Shown here: one piece after another, positions 8,959 to 17,599 of the stretch
Layout of the letters: each line of letters starts with the position of its first letter
Numbering within the stretch: position 1 is the stretch's first letter
Source: an uncultured delta proteobacterium
Lineage (GTDB): Bacteria; Myxococcota; Myxococcia; SLRQ01
Assembly: GCA_963727485.1 (NCBI GenBank)
Contig: CAVSGM010000003.1
Location: 416,001-480,000 of the forward strand
Length of the DNA stretch: 64,000 nt
Direction: 5' to 3'
Notes under the pieces: generated by a model
What the model was told of the DNA's origin: nothing
The model's database searches: none
What the model saw: only the letters and a program-made list of their open reading frames with translations
Translations under genes and position numbers: made by a program

Positions 8959-11709
8959 ATGGCCCACGTCGACGACGACGCGTCCCGGGCGGGGCTCGCC
9001 GCCTTTCTCCCCGCGGGGGTGCCCCGGCGCCTCGCCGAGGGCGGGGGCCGCCTCGCCTGGCGCCGGGAGGTGACCGTCCTCTTCGCCGACCTCACCGGGT
9101 TCACCGACCTCTGCGAGGGCCTCGCCCCCGACGCCGTCGCCGAGCTCCTCTCGGGGATCTTCGACCGGATGACCGAGGTGGTGGAGGCCCACGGGGGCCT
9201 GGTGGACAAGTTCCTCGGCGACGCCTGCATGGCGCTCTTCGGCGCCCTCGACGCCCGGGGCGACGACGCCACCTGCGCCGCCCGGGCCGCCCTCGACCTG
9301 GTGGACGCGGTGGCCGCCTACGGGCGGGCCCAGGCGGCGCGGCTCCGGGGCCGGCCCCTCTCGGCGAGCGTGGGCCTGGAGACCGGCCCGGCCTTCGTGG
9401 GGGTGGTCGGCGAGCGCCAGCGCACCTTCACCGCCTTCGGCGACACGGTGAACACCGCCGCCCGCCTCGAGGCCCTCGCCGGCCCCGGGGAGGTCATCGC
9501 CGGGGAGGCGGCGGCGGCGCACCTCGCCGAGTCCCTGGTGAGCCGGCCCCTGGCCCCGGTGGCCCTCAAGGGCAAGGCCCGGCCCCAGCGGCCGGTGCGC
9601 ATCCTCCGGGGCGCGCCCGGGGCCGGGGAGGGCGTCTCCCTGGTCGGCCGCCGCGCCGCCCGCACCGCGGTGGCCCGGGGCCTGGAGCGCGCCGGCGCGG
9701 TCGTCGTCGCCGGGCCCCCGGGCTCCGGGAAGTCGGCCCTGGTGGAGACCCTGGTGGTCCCCGGGGCCTTGGTCGCCCCCGGCCGCGCGGGGATGCCTCC
9801 GGGCGACCTCCTCGCCCGCCTCCTCGCCGCCGCCGGGACCCCGGTGGCCGGAGACCCCGGCCCCGAGGCCCTGGGCCTCCTCCTCGCCCGGGTGCTGGCC
9901 CGCCGGGCCCGGGCCGGGGGGCTCCTGGTGGTCACCGATGACCTCGACCTCGCCAGTGAGTCCGACCGCCGCCTCCTCGCCCGGGCGGTGGCCCGGGCCC
10001 GGGGCGCCGGGGGGCGGTGGCTCGCCGGGGCCACCCACCCCGAGCTCGCCCTCCTCGAGGCGGCGGCGGTGGTCCGGGTGGACCTGGCGCCCCTGGACCT
10101 CGACGCCGCCCGGCGCCTCCTCGAGGCGCGCCTCGCCGCCGCGGGGGTGCCGGTGCCGAAGGTGGCGGCGGTGGAGCAGGTCTGCCGCGCCGTGGGCCTG
10201 TGGCCCGGGCCCCTGGTGGAGGCGGCGCGGGTCCTGGCGGCCACCGGGGGCGAGGTCCCGGTCGGTGGCCTCCCCCAGGACCTCGACGCCCTGATCCTCG
10301 CCCGCCTCGACCGCCTCCCCGGGCCCGAGCGGGCCCACCTCGACCGGTGGGCGGCGAGGACCGAGGCGGCGCGGCTCGCCGGTCTCCCGGCGGCGCCCGG
10401 GGCCGCCCTCGCCGCCGCCCCGGCGGCGCCCGGTCCCGGGTTGCTCCGGGCCGTCGCCGGGGGCCTCGCCGCCCCGGCGCGCCGGGCCCTCCACCGGGAC
10501 CTGGCCGCCGACCGCGGCGTCCCCCCGGCCCTGCGCCTCGCCCACCGGGCCCTCGCCGGCGGGCCCCAGGGCGCCCGGGCCTACCGGGCCCTGGCCGCCT
10601 GGCTCCTCCGCCGGGCCCACCCCGCCGCGGCCCTGGAGGCGGCGTCCGCGGGGCTCAAGATCCTCCACCAGACCCCCAGGCCGCGGCGCGAGGCCCTGGA
10701 GACGGCGCTGCACCTGGCGCGCGGCGAGGCCCGGCGCCTCACCGGCGATCGCCTCGGCGCCGCCGAGGCCTTCCAGACCGCGGCCCGGGGGTCCGGCCGC
10801 GCCGGGGTCGACGCCAGGCGGTCCCTGGCGCGGCTCCTCTGGCTCCGGGGCGATCTCGGGGCCGCCGCCGAGCTCGCCGCCCGGGCCGAGGCCGAGGCCC
10901 GGGCCGCCGGGTGGGCCGACCTCGCCGCCGCCAGCCGGGTGCTCCGGGGCAACGCCGCCTTCGAGGCCGGGGACCTCGCCGGCGCCCGGGATCACTACCT
11001 CGCCGCCCTCCCCGAGGCCGAGGCCGCCGACCCGCCCCTGGCCCGGCGCCTGCGCATGAACCTCGGCGCCGCCCGGGCGGCCGGCGGCGACCCCGCCTCG
11101 GCCCTGCAGGCCTTCGACGCCCTGGCGCCGGACGCGGTCGCGGATCCCGAGCTCGCCGCCCAGCTCGCCCACAACCGGGCCATGGCCCTCCGGGATCTTC
11201 GCCGCCCCGAGGCCGCCCACGCCTTCGCCGACGCCGCCGCCCGCGCCGACGCCCTCGGGGACCTCCGGCTGGCGGCCATGGCCCGCCTCGAGCTCGGGGC
11301 CGCCCTCCTCGACGCCCCGGGGGCCGCGGCCTCCGCCCCCGGCGGGGGCGATCCGGTGGCCACCGCCCGCGCCGAGGTCGCCGAGGCCATGGAGCGCTTC
11401 GCCCTGGTGGACGATCGCCTCGGCCTCGGGGACGCCTACAAGCTCGCCGGCCGGGCCGAGGCCCGCCTGGGGCAGCCGCGCCGGGCCCTGGCCTGGCTCC
11501 AGCGCGCCGTGGATCTCCTGGGCCGCGAGGGCGCCACCTTGGCCCTGGCCGAGGCCCTCGACGGCCTCGCCGAGGTGCAGGCGGGCCTCGGGGAGGCCCA
11601 CGCCGCCGACGCCGCCCGCCGCCGCGCCGCCCACCTCCGGCGCCGGGCGGGGGTCACGCCGGACCCCGACGGCGCCGCTGACCCGGCCGGGGCCCCGGCA
11701 ACCCCTTGA
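8959..11709 (+). CDS. class III adenylate cyclase fused to P-loop NTPase and TPR-like repeats
   Basis: VTVLFADLTGFT, DKFLGDACMALFG and FGDTVNTAARLE; Walker A GPPGSGKS and Walker B-like LLVVTDD; C-terminal helical repeats. Start may be GTG 8908. Confidence 0.85.
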   Translation: MAHVDDDASRAGLAAFLPAGVPRRLAEGGGRLAWRREVTVLFADLTGFTDLCEGLAPDAVAELLSGIFDRMTEVVEAHGGLVDKFLGDACMALFGALDARGDDATCAARAALDLVDAVAAYGRAQAARLRGRPLSASVGLETGPAFVGVVGERQRTFTAFGDTVNTAARLEALAGPGEVIAGEAAAAHLAESLVSRPLAPVALKGKARPQRPVRILRGAPGAGEGVSLVGRRAARTAVARGLERAGAVVVAGPPGSGKSALVETLVVPGALVAPGRAGMPPGDLLARLLAAAGTPVAGDPGPEALGLLLARVLARRARAGGLLVVTDDLDLASESDRRLLARAVARARGAGGRWLAGATHPELALLEAAAVVRVDLAPLDLDAARRLLEARLAAAGVPVPKVAAVEQVCRAVGLWPGPLVEAARVLAATGGEVPVGGLPQDLDALILARLDRLPGPERAHLDRWAARTEAARLAGLPAAPGAALAAAPAAPGPGLLRAVAGGLAAPARRALHRDLAADRGVPPALRLAHRALAGGPQGARAYRALAAWLLRRAHPAAALEAASAGLKILHQTPRPRREALETALHLARGEARRLTGDRLGAAEAFQTAARGSGRAGVDARRSLARLLWLRGDLGAAAELAARAEAEARAAGWADLAAASRVLRGNAAFEAGDLAGARDHYLAALPEAEAADPPLARRLRMNLGAARAAGGDPASALQAFDALAPDAVADPELAAQLAHNRAMALRDLRRPEAAHAFADAAARADALGDLRLAAMARLELGAALLDAPGAAASAPGGGDPVATARAEVAEAMERFALVDDRLGLGDAYKLAGRAEARLGQPRRALAWLQRAVDLLGREGATLALAEALDGLAEVQAGLGEAHAADAARRRAAHLRRRAGVTPDPDGAADPAGAPATP

Positions 11710-11727
11710 TCTCCCGGGGCCGGCGGC

Positions 11728-11743
11728 TGGCACGCCTCGTGAT
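11728..11743 (+). promoter_or_regulatory. possible sigma54 (-24/-12) promoter
   Basis: TGGCACGCCTCGTGAT against the consensus TGGCACnnnnnTTGC. The -24 matches, the -12 is GA rather than GC. It precedes the AGGAG RBS of the 11772 gene. Confidence 0.35.
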
Positions 11744-11771
11744 GTACCGAGGGACAGGAGGTCCCAAGACC

Positions 11772-12344
11772 ATGCACCAGCTCTCCCGTCTCGCCCTCGC
11801 CGTCCTCGTCTCTGGCCTCGTCGCCACCGCCCCCGCGGCCGCCCGTGCCGACGGTCACGGCCACCCCAGCCACAGCGCCGCCGCCCGCGCCGGCGTCTGG
11901 GTCGAGGGGTGGAGCGCCGCCGCCTCGGTGAAGGCCGACGCCGGCGGCGACCTCTTCATCCCCGGGGTGGTCCGGGTCCACATCCCCGCCGGGGCCCTCC
12001 CGGAGGACATGGTGATCTATGTCCGCGCGGAGGTGGTCCACGTCGACGGCCAGGCCTTCCTCGCCTTCACCTTCGGCCCCAACGGCTCGGTGTTCAACGA
12101 ACCGCTGACGGTCACCGTGTCGCCCCGGCTCATCCGGGGCATGAACCTGAAGCCCGGCCAGGTCTGGTACGACGCCGGCAGCCTCGCCGACGGCAACCTG
12201 AACTGGGTCCCCGCCGACGCCACCGCCCAGACCGGCCCCACGAATGATCGCGACGGCCTCGACGGCGAGCGCTACGTCTTCCAGGTCCACCACTTCTCCC
12301 GCTACGCCCTGGGGAGCATCGTGTGGAGCGGCCAGTGGTGGTAG
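11772..12344 (+). CDS. secreted ZU5-like domain protein
   Basis: AGGAG RBS and a signal peptide ending ARA. VHIPAGALPED, FGPNGSVFNEPLTVTV and VHHFSRYAL match the ZU5-like pattern. Confidence 0.7.
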   Translation: MHQLSRLALAVLVSGLVATAPAAARADGHGHPSHSAAARAGVWVEGWSAAASVKADAGGDLFIPGVVRVHIPAGALPEDMVIYVRAEVVHVDGQAFLAFTFGPNGSVFNEPLTVTVSPRLIRGMNLKPGQVWYDAGSLADGNLNWVPADATAQTGPTNDRDGLDGERYVFQVHHFSRYALGSIVWSGQWW

Positions 12345-14083
12345 GCCGCGCGACCGAGGACCGGGCCCCCGCGCTGGACGCGGTGGCCCGGGCGCTCCTC
12401 GCCGGGGGCCTCTCCGACGCCGCGGTGGAGCGCGCCTGCTTCGCCGAGACCGTGGGCGGGGCCTGCCTGGTGGACGCGCTGCTCGCGACCGGGGAGGTGC
12501 CGCCGGTGGCCTTCGCGGCGGCGGTGCGGGCGGTCCACGGGCTCCCGGCGGTGGGCCCCGAGGCCCTGGCCCGGGCGCCCGCCGAGGGGGCGGCGTGGCT
12601 CCCGGTGGCCCTCGCCGGCGCCGCCGGCGCCGTGGCCCTCGCCCGGGGCGAGCACCTCCGGGTGGCGATCTCGGATCCCTCTCGCCTCGAGGCCCTGGAG
12701 GCCCTGCGCCAGGCGGTGGACCGGCCGATGGACCTGGTCTACGGCCCCCCGGGCGCGGTGCGCGAGGCCTTCGGCCGGGTCTACCACGTGGTCTGGCCCG
12801 AGACCTTCTACCGCGAGCCCGGCCGCCGGCGCCTCGACCCCGGGGGCTTCCCCACCGGCGCCGGCGTCCCCGGGGTGCCCCGGGACGCGGTGGCCTCGGC
12901 GGCGTTCCTCGAGGGGCGGCTCTGGGAGGCGCGGAGCAGCCGCCAGGTGATCGAGGCGGTGCTCACCTTCCTCGCCGGGTGCTACGACGCCGCCGCCTTC
13001 TTCCTGGTGGAGGGCGAGCTGGTCGCCGGCCGCGAGGCCATGGGCGACCCGGACCTCAAGCGCGTGGTGCTCCCGCGCCGGGGGCCGACCCTCTTCTCCC
13101 GGGTCCTCGACGCCCGCCGGCCCTTCGCCGGGCCGCCGCCGGCCCACCTCGCCGACGCGGTGGTCCACCGGCGGGTCTCCCGCCCGCCGCCGCGGCAGGT
13201 GCTCTACGTGCCCCTGTGCTTCGACGCCACACCGGTGGGGCTCCTCTACGCCGACGCGGTCCGGGACGACGCCCGCCTGCCCCCGGGGATGGACCCGGCC
13301 CGCCTCGGCACCCTCACCGTCTCGGCGCTCCAGGATCTCTTCGCCCGCCACCTCCAGGCGGTCTTCGACCTGGCGGCGGAGGGGGACCGGCGCCGCCGCC
13401 CGGCCGGCGTCCCCGCGGACCCCGGTGACCCGGTGGCGCACGTGGCCACGGTCGCCGGCCACGACCGGGGGGCGGTGGCCGAGGTGGTGCGCCTCGGGGC
13501 CGCGGCGATCCCGGCCCTGGTCGAAGCCTTCCCCGGCCGGCTCCGGCCGGAGGTCGACGCCGATCCCGACGCCCGGGAGGACGTGGCCCGGCACTCGGAG
13601 CTCCTCGCCGCGGTGTCGGCCATGGGCTCGGCCGGGGTGGCGGTGGCCCTGGCCGCCCTCTCCGACCCGGACCCGGTGCGCCGGCGCTTCGGGGCCCTGC
13701 TCTTCACCCGGCTCCCGGCCCGGGAGGGCCTCCCGGCCCTGGTGGCCCTCCTCGCCGACGACGCGCCCGGGGTCGCCGACGCCGCGGTGCGGGCCCTCTC
13801 ACGCCAGGGGCGCACCGCCGAGGGCCCGGCCCTGGCCCGCCGCCTGGTCGAGGGCCTCGCCGCCGAAGGGGTGGACGACGCGCCCCACCGCCGGCGCCTC
13901 CTCCGGGTCCTCGGGGCCCTGGGGCAGCCGGCGACGGTCCCGGCGATCCTGGGGACGCTGGCGGACCCCGAGGTCGCCGCCGACGCCGAGGCCGCCCTGG
14001 AGGCGCTCCTCGGCCCGCCGCCCCCGGGGCGCGACCGGGTCCGGGCCTGGCGCCGCCACTGGCGGCGGGTCGGGCGCCAGTAG
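12338..14083 (+). CDS. T2SSE_N/MshEN-like, GAF-like and HEAT-repeat protein (FrgA-like)
   Basis: LRVAISDPSRLEALEALRQAV is a GspE N-domain pattern; YVPLCFDATPVGLLYAD is GAF-like; LSDPDPVRRRF and LADDAPGVADAA are HEAT repeats. Start approximate. Confidence 0.65.
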   Translation: MVGRATEDRAPALDAVARALLAGGLSDAAVERACFAETVGGACLVDALLATGEVPPVAFAAAVRAVHGLPAVGPEALARAPAEGAAWLPVALAGAAGAVALARGEHLRVAISDPSRLEALEALRQAVDRPMDLVYGPPGAVREAFGRVYHVVWPETFYREPGRRRLDPGGFPTGAGVPGVPRDAVASAAFLEGRLWEARSSRQVIEAVLTFLAGCYDAAAFFLVEGELVAGREAMGDPDLKRVVLPRRGPTLFSRVLDARRPFAGPPPAHLADAVVHRRVSRPPPRQVLYVPLCFDATPVGLLYADAVRDDARLPPGMDPARLGTLTVSALQDLFARHLQAVFDLAAEGDRRRRPAGVPADPGDPVAHVATVAGHDRGAVAEVVRLGAAAIPALVEAFPGRLRPEVDADPDAREDVARHSELLAAVSAMGSAGVAVALAALSDPDPVRRRFGALLFTRLPAREGLPALVALLADDAPGVADAAVRALSRQGRTAEGPALARRLVEGLAAEGVDDAPHRRRLLRVLGALGQPATVPAILGTLADPEVAADAEAALEALLGPPPPGRDRVRAWRRHWRRVGRQ

Positions 14084-14110
14084 CTCGGCCTGCCGTGCGC
14101 CCGCCGGCGC

Positions 14111-14989
14111 CTAGAACCTGAAGGCCACCGCCGCCGCCGGGTAGACCGCCAGGCCCCCGAGCTGCTCCGGGCTGCCGAAGATGGTGCTGGTGGAGGTGGC
14201 GTAGCCCACGTTCACCTCCACGAAGAGCTTCACGAACGACGGCCCGATCCCGATCCCGAAGGCCCCGCCGCCGTAGTGGACCAGGCCGGCGAGGGTGGCC
14301 TTGGCGTCGAGGGTGCCGCTGGGGGTGTCCACGTGGAGCACGGCGGGGAGGCGGTACCACCCCAGGCGGTACTTGCCGGCGAGGTAGAGGTCGAGGACGC
14401 CGCCGAGGAGCCGCCAGCCCCCCAGCAGGGTCACCTCGCCGTCGTAGCGCTGGGGGTTCTGGAAGTGGGCGTACTGGAAGAGCTGGCTCGCCTGCTTGAG
14501 GTGGCTCTCGAGCTGGAAGAGCGAGACGTCGAAGGTGTAGACCTCGACGCCGCCGAGGAGGGCCAGGGCGAAGGTCCCCTTGTCCCCGGTGAGCTGCCAC
14601 TTGGCGTCGACGCGCCAGGCGCTGGTGGACCAGGTGAAGCCCGCGTCGAGGTGCTTGAGGAGGCCGAGGCGCCCGCCGATCTCGGCCACCGGCTCCGGGG
14701 GGAGCACCGCCAGGGAGGCGGCGAGGCGCAGGATCTCGGCCTGGGTCTTCTGGTCGGGGAGCTGGGCGTTGCCGGCCTCGGCGGCCTTCAGCTCGGCGGC
14801 GTGCTGGTCGGCGAGGGTCTTGGCCTCGGCCAGCTGGCCCACCGGGAGGTAGGCGCCGCCGCCGGCGTAGGCGCGCACGTGGAGGGGCTCGAGGGTCCGC
14901 GGGGTCTGCACCGTGGCGAGGTTGGTGGCGCAGCCGGTGGCGAGGAGGGCCGGGACCAGGACGAGGGCGAGGCGACGGGGGAGGCGCAT
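14111..14989 (-). CDS. hypothetical lipoprotein, probable beta-barrel
   Basis: MRLPRR...LLATGC lipobox, amphipathic strands and a C-terminal Phe (AVAFRF). The ORF track fuses it to the RNase T2 gene only because of a frameshift. Confidence 0.7.
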   Translation of the reverse strand: MRLPRRLALVLVPALLATGCATNLATVQTPRTLEPLHVRAYAGGGAYLPVGQLAEAKTLADQHAAELKAAEAGNAQLPDQKTQAEILRLAASLAVLPPEPVAEIGGRLGLLKHLDAGFTWSTSAWRVDAKWQLTGDKGTFALALLGGVEVYTFDVSLFQLESHLKQASQLFQYAHFQNPQRYDGEVTLLGGWRLLGGVLDLYLAGKYRLGWYRLPAVLHVDTPSGTLDAKATLAGLVHYGGGAFGIGIGPSFVKLFVEVNVGYATSTSTIFGSPEQLGGLAVYPAAAVAFRF

Positions 14990-15036
14990 GGGGCCATTGT
15001 CGTCGCCGGCGGGGGTGGCCGCCAGTGACGGGGATC

Positions 15037-15772
15037 TCACTTCTTCCAGGCGGGGACCCGGAAGGCCTCGTGGGCAGTCGTCCTGGTGCTGGCGGGCGTC
15101 CATGAGCGCCTCGGGGCGGGGGAAGGCCGAGAGGTGCGCCCGGGGGATGGTGAGCCAGAGCTGGGTGAGCACGGTCTGGCCACCGGGGGTCTTCTGGCAG
15201 CGCAGCTGGATCGCCGCGGCGTGGGGGGTGTGGAAGGCGCGCTCAAAAGCGGCGACGAGGGCGTGGCGGCGCACCCGGTGGCCGGCGAGGTGCGCCAGGT
15301 GCCGGCCGAAGGCGCTGGTCGCCACCTGCCGGCGCATCGAGAGCTCGGTCTCGAAGAAGGTGCGCGCGTCGAAGCCGAAGCACTGGACGTGCTTGTCGTA
15401 CTCGTGGGTGAGGAGGCTCTGCGGCAGGTGCGGCATCACCTGCAGCACGGCGCGCCGGAGCTTGGTCGGGATGGGCGGGGGCGCGTCGGTGGGGTGGAAG
15501 AGGTCGCAGCCGTGGGCCCACCAGTAGGGCGGCGGCTTGCCGGCGCGGACGAGGGACGGCGGCCTCGAGGCCCAGAGTCCGTGGAGGCCGAGGCCCACGT
15601 GGGGCTGGTCCGCGGCGCACCGGTGGGTGAGGCAGAAGCCCGCCTGCCAGGTGAGCGCGAGGGTGTAGTGGTCGAAGCCGCCGTGGCGCTTCGGGGCGAG
15701 GGGGGCGGGGCCGGCGCCGAGGGCGAGGAGGGACAGGGCGGCGACGAGGGGCGTCAGGCGGCGGGGGCGCAT
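15037..15772 (-). CDS. secreted ribonuclease T2 family (frameshift near 15073)
   Basis: Signal peptide, YTLALTWQAGFC, CAS I LHGLW and CAS II HEYDKH. Removing one base restores the ending DDCPEAFRVPAWKK-stop. Confidence 0.85.
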
Positions 15773-15887
15773 GGCGGCACTTGAGCACGGGGGCGCCGGG
15801 CCGGCAACGCCGGTCCCCGTGACGGCCCCGTTCCCCTGCGGTATGCCGGACGGGCGCGAGGTTCCGCACTCGCCACGGAGGAAAGCC

Positions 15888-17594
15888 ATGGCTCGTCACG
15901 TCCGCCGGGTGACCCGGCGCGCCTTCATCCGCCTCGCCGGGGCCGCCGCCGCCGGCGCCGACGTCCTCCTCGCCGCCTGCGCCACCCCGGTGAAGCGCGC
16001 CCGGGCGGCCACCGGGGCCGGCGAGGCGACCGGCGGCCCCGCGTCCGCCTCCGCATCGGGCGGCGCCACCGCCCCCACCACCGCCGGCGCCATCCCCCTG
16101 GAGGAGGCGACCCTCGAGGGCCTCGAGGCGGCGATGGCCGCGGGGAAGGTCACCAGCGAGCAGCTCGTCGAGGCCTACCTGGCGCGCATCGCCGCCCTCG
16201 ACCCCAAGCTCAACGCCATCATCGAGACCAGCCCCACGGCCAGGGCCGACGCGCGGGCCCGGGACGCCGAGCGCAAGGCGGGCAAGGCCCTGGGCCCGCT
16301 CCACGGGATCCCGGTCGTCCTCAAGGACAACCTGGACACGGTGGCGCCGCTTGCCACCACCGCCGGGTCCCGGGCGCTGGCCGGGCTCACCCGCGCGCAG
16401 GACGCCCACGCGGTGGCCAGGCTCCGGGCGGCGGGCGCGGTGATCCTCGCCAAGGCCAACCTCTCCGAGTGGGCCAACTTCCGCTCCACCCACTCCTCGA
16501 GCGGGTGGAGCGGCGTGGGGGGCCAGGGCCGAAACCCCTACGCCCTCGATCGCTCGCCCTGCGGCTCGAGCTCGGGGCCGGCACAGGCGATGGCGGCGAA
16601 CCTCGGGGCGGTCGCCATCGGCACCGAGACCGACGGCTCCATCGTCTGCCCCTCGGCGATGTGCGGGGTGGTCGGCCTCAAGCCCACGGTGGGCCGGGTG
16701 AGCCGCCACGGGGTGGTGCCCATCTCCCACAGCCAGGACACCGCCGGGCCCATCACCCGCACCGTCGCCGACGCCGCCCGGGTGCTCGCCGCCATCGAGG
16801 GCCCGGATGCCGCCGACCCGGCGACCCGGGACGCCGGGAAGCACACCCTCCCGGCGCTCACCAAGCTCCTCGACGCCGACGCCCTGAAGGGCGCGCGCAT
16901 CGGCGTCCCCCGGCAGAGCTTCTGGGGCTACAGCCCCCACGCCGACGCCGTGTGCGAGGCGGCGCTGAAGATCCTGGCGAAGCAGGGGGCGGTGCTGGTG
17001 GATCCCGCGGACCTCCCCGAGGCCAAGGCTTTGGCGGCCGGCGACGCCGAGAACGAGGTCCTCCTCTACGAGTTCCACCACGATCTCGACGCCTACCTGA
17101 AGGCGCTGCCGGCCTCGGCGCCGGTCCACAGCCTCGCCGAGCTCATCGCCTGGAACACCGCCCACGCCGACCAGGAGCTGCCCTTCTTCGGCCAGGAGCT
17201 CTTCGAGGAGGCGGTGAAGAAGGGACCCTTGACCGAGCCCGCCTACCAGAAGGCGCTGGCCGAGTGCCACCGCCTCGCCCGGACCAACGGCATCGACAAG
17301 GTCATGGACGAGCACCAGCTCGACGCCCTGGTGATGCCCACCCTCGATCCGGCGTGGGTCATCGATCTGGTCTGCGGCGACTACATCGGTGGCGCCGGGT
17401 CCACGCCCGCGGCGGTGTCCGGCTACCCGTCGATCACCGTGCCCGCCGGCGACGCCTTCGGGCTCCCGGTGGGGCTCCTGTTCACGGGTCGGGCCTGGAG
17501 CGAGCCCACGCTCATCCGCCTCGCCCATGCCTTCGAGCAGGCGACGAAGGCGCGGCGCAAACCGGGGTTCGAGCCGACCCTCCGCCTGGGGTGA
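15888..17594 (+). CDS. amidase-signature enzyme with Tat/lipoprotein signal
   Basis: TRRAFIRL followed by LLAAC; GPLHGIPVVLKDN, CGSSSG, GTETDGSIVCP; GGAGG RBS. Confidence 0.9.
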   Translation: MARHVRRVTRRAFIRLAGAAAAGADVLLAACATPVKRARAATGAGEATGGPASASASGGATAPTTAGAIPLEEATLEGLEAAMAAGKVTSEQLVEAYLARIAALDPKLNAIIETSPTARADARARDAERKAGKALGPLHGIPVVLKDNLDTVAPLATTAGSRALAGLTRAQDAHAVARLRAAGAVILAKANLSEWANFRSTHSSSGWSGVGGQGRNPYALDRSPCGSSSGPAQAMAANLGAVAIGTETDGSIVCPSAMCGVVGLKPTVGRVSRHGVVPISHSQDTAGPITRTVADAARVLAAIEGPDAADPATRDAGKHTLPALTKLLDADALKGARIGVPRQSFWGYSPHADAVCEAALKILAKQGAVLVDPADLPEAKALAAGDAENEVLLYEFHHDLDAYLKALPASAPVHSLAELIAWNTAHADQELPFFGQELFEEAVKKGPLTEPAYQKALAECHRLARTNGIDKVMDEHQLDALVMPTLDPAWVIDLVCGDYIGGAGSTPAAVSGYPSITVPAGDAFGLPVGLLFTGRAWSEPTLIRLAHAFEQATKARRKPGFEPTLRLG

Positions 17595-17599
17595 TCACC

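Noticed and set aside
8857..11733. Long antisense or alternate-frame ORFs (also 32931..35789, 37810..40845, 41459..44119, 61300..63735)
   Set aside because: These are shadow ORFs expected at very high GC. They lack motifs and overlap well-supported genes.
14111..15889. RNase T2-lipoprotein fusion ORF
   Set aside because: An extra base near 15073 causes it. The second gene has its own signal peptide and lipobox.
15888..17594. Amidase as the missing kynurenine formamidase
   Set aside because: It is Tat-exported and lipid-anchored, belongs to a different family from KynB, and is not linked to the kyn genes.
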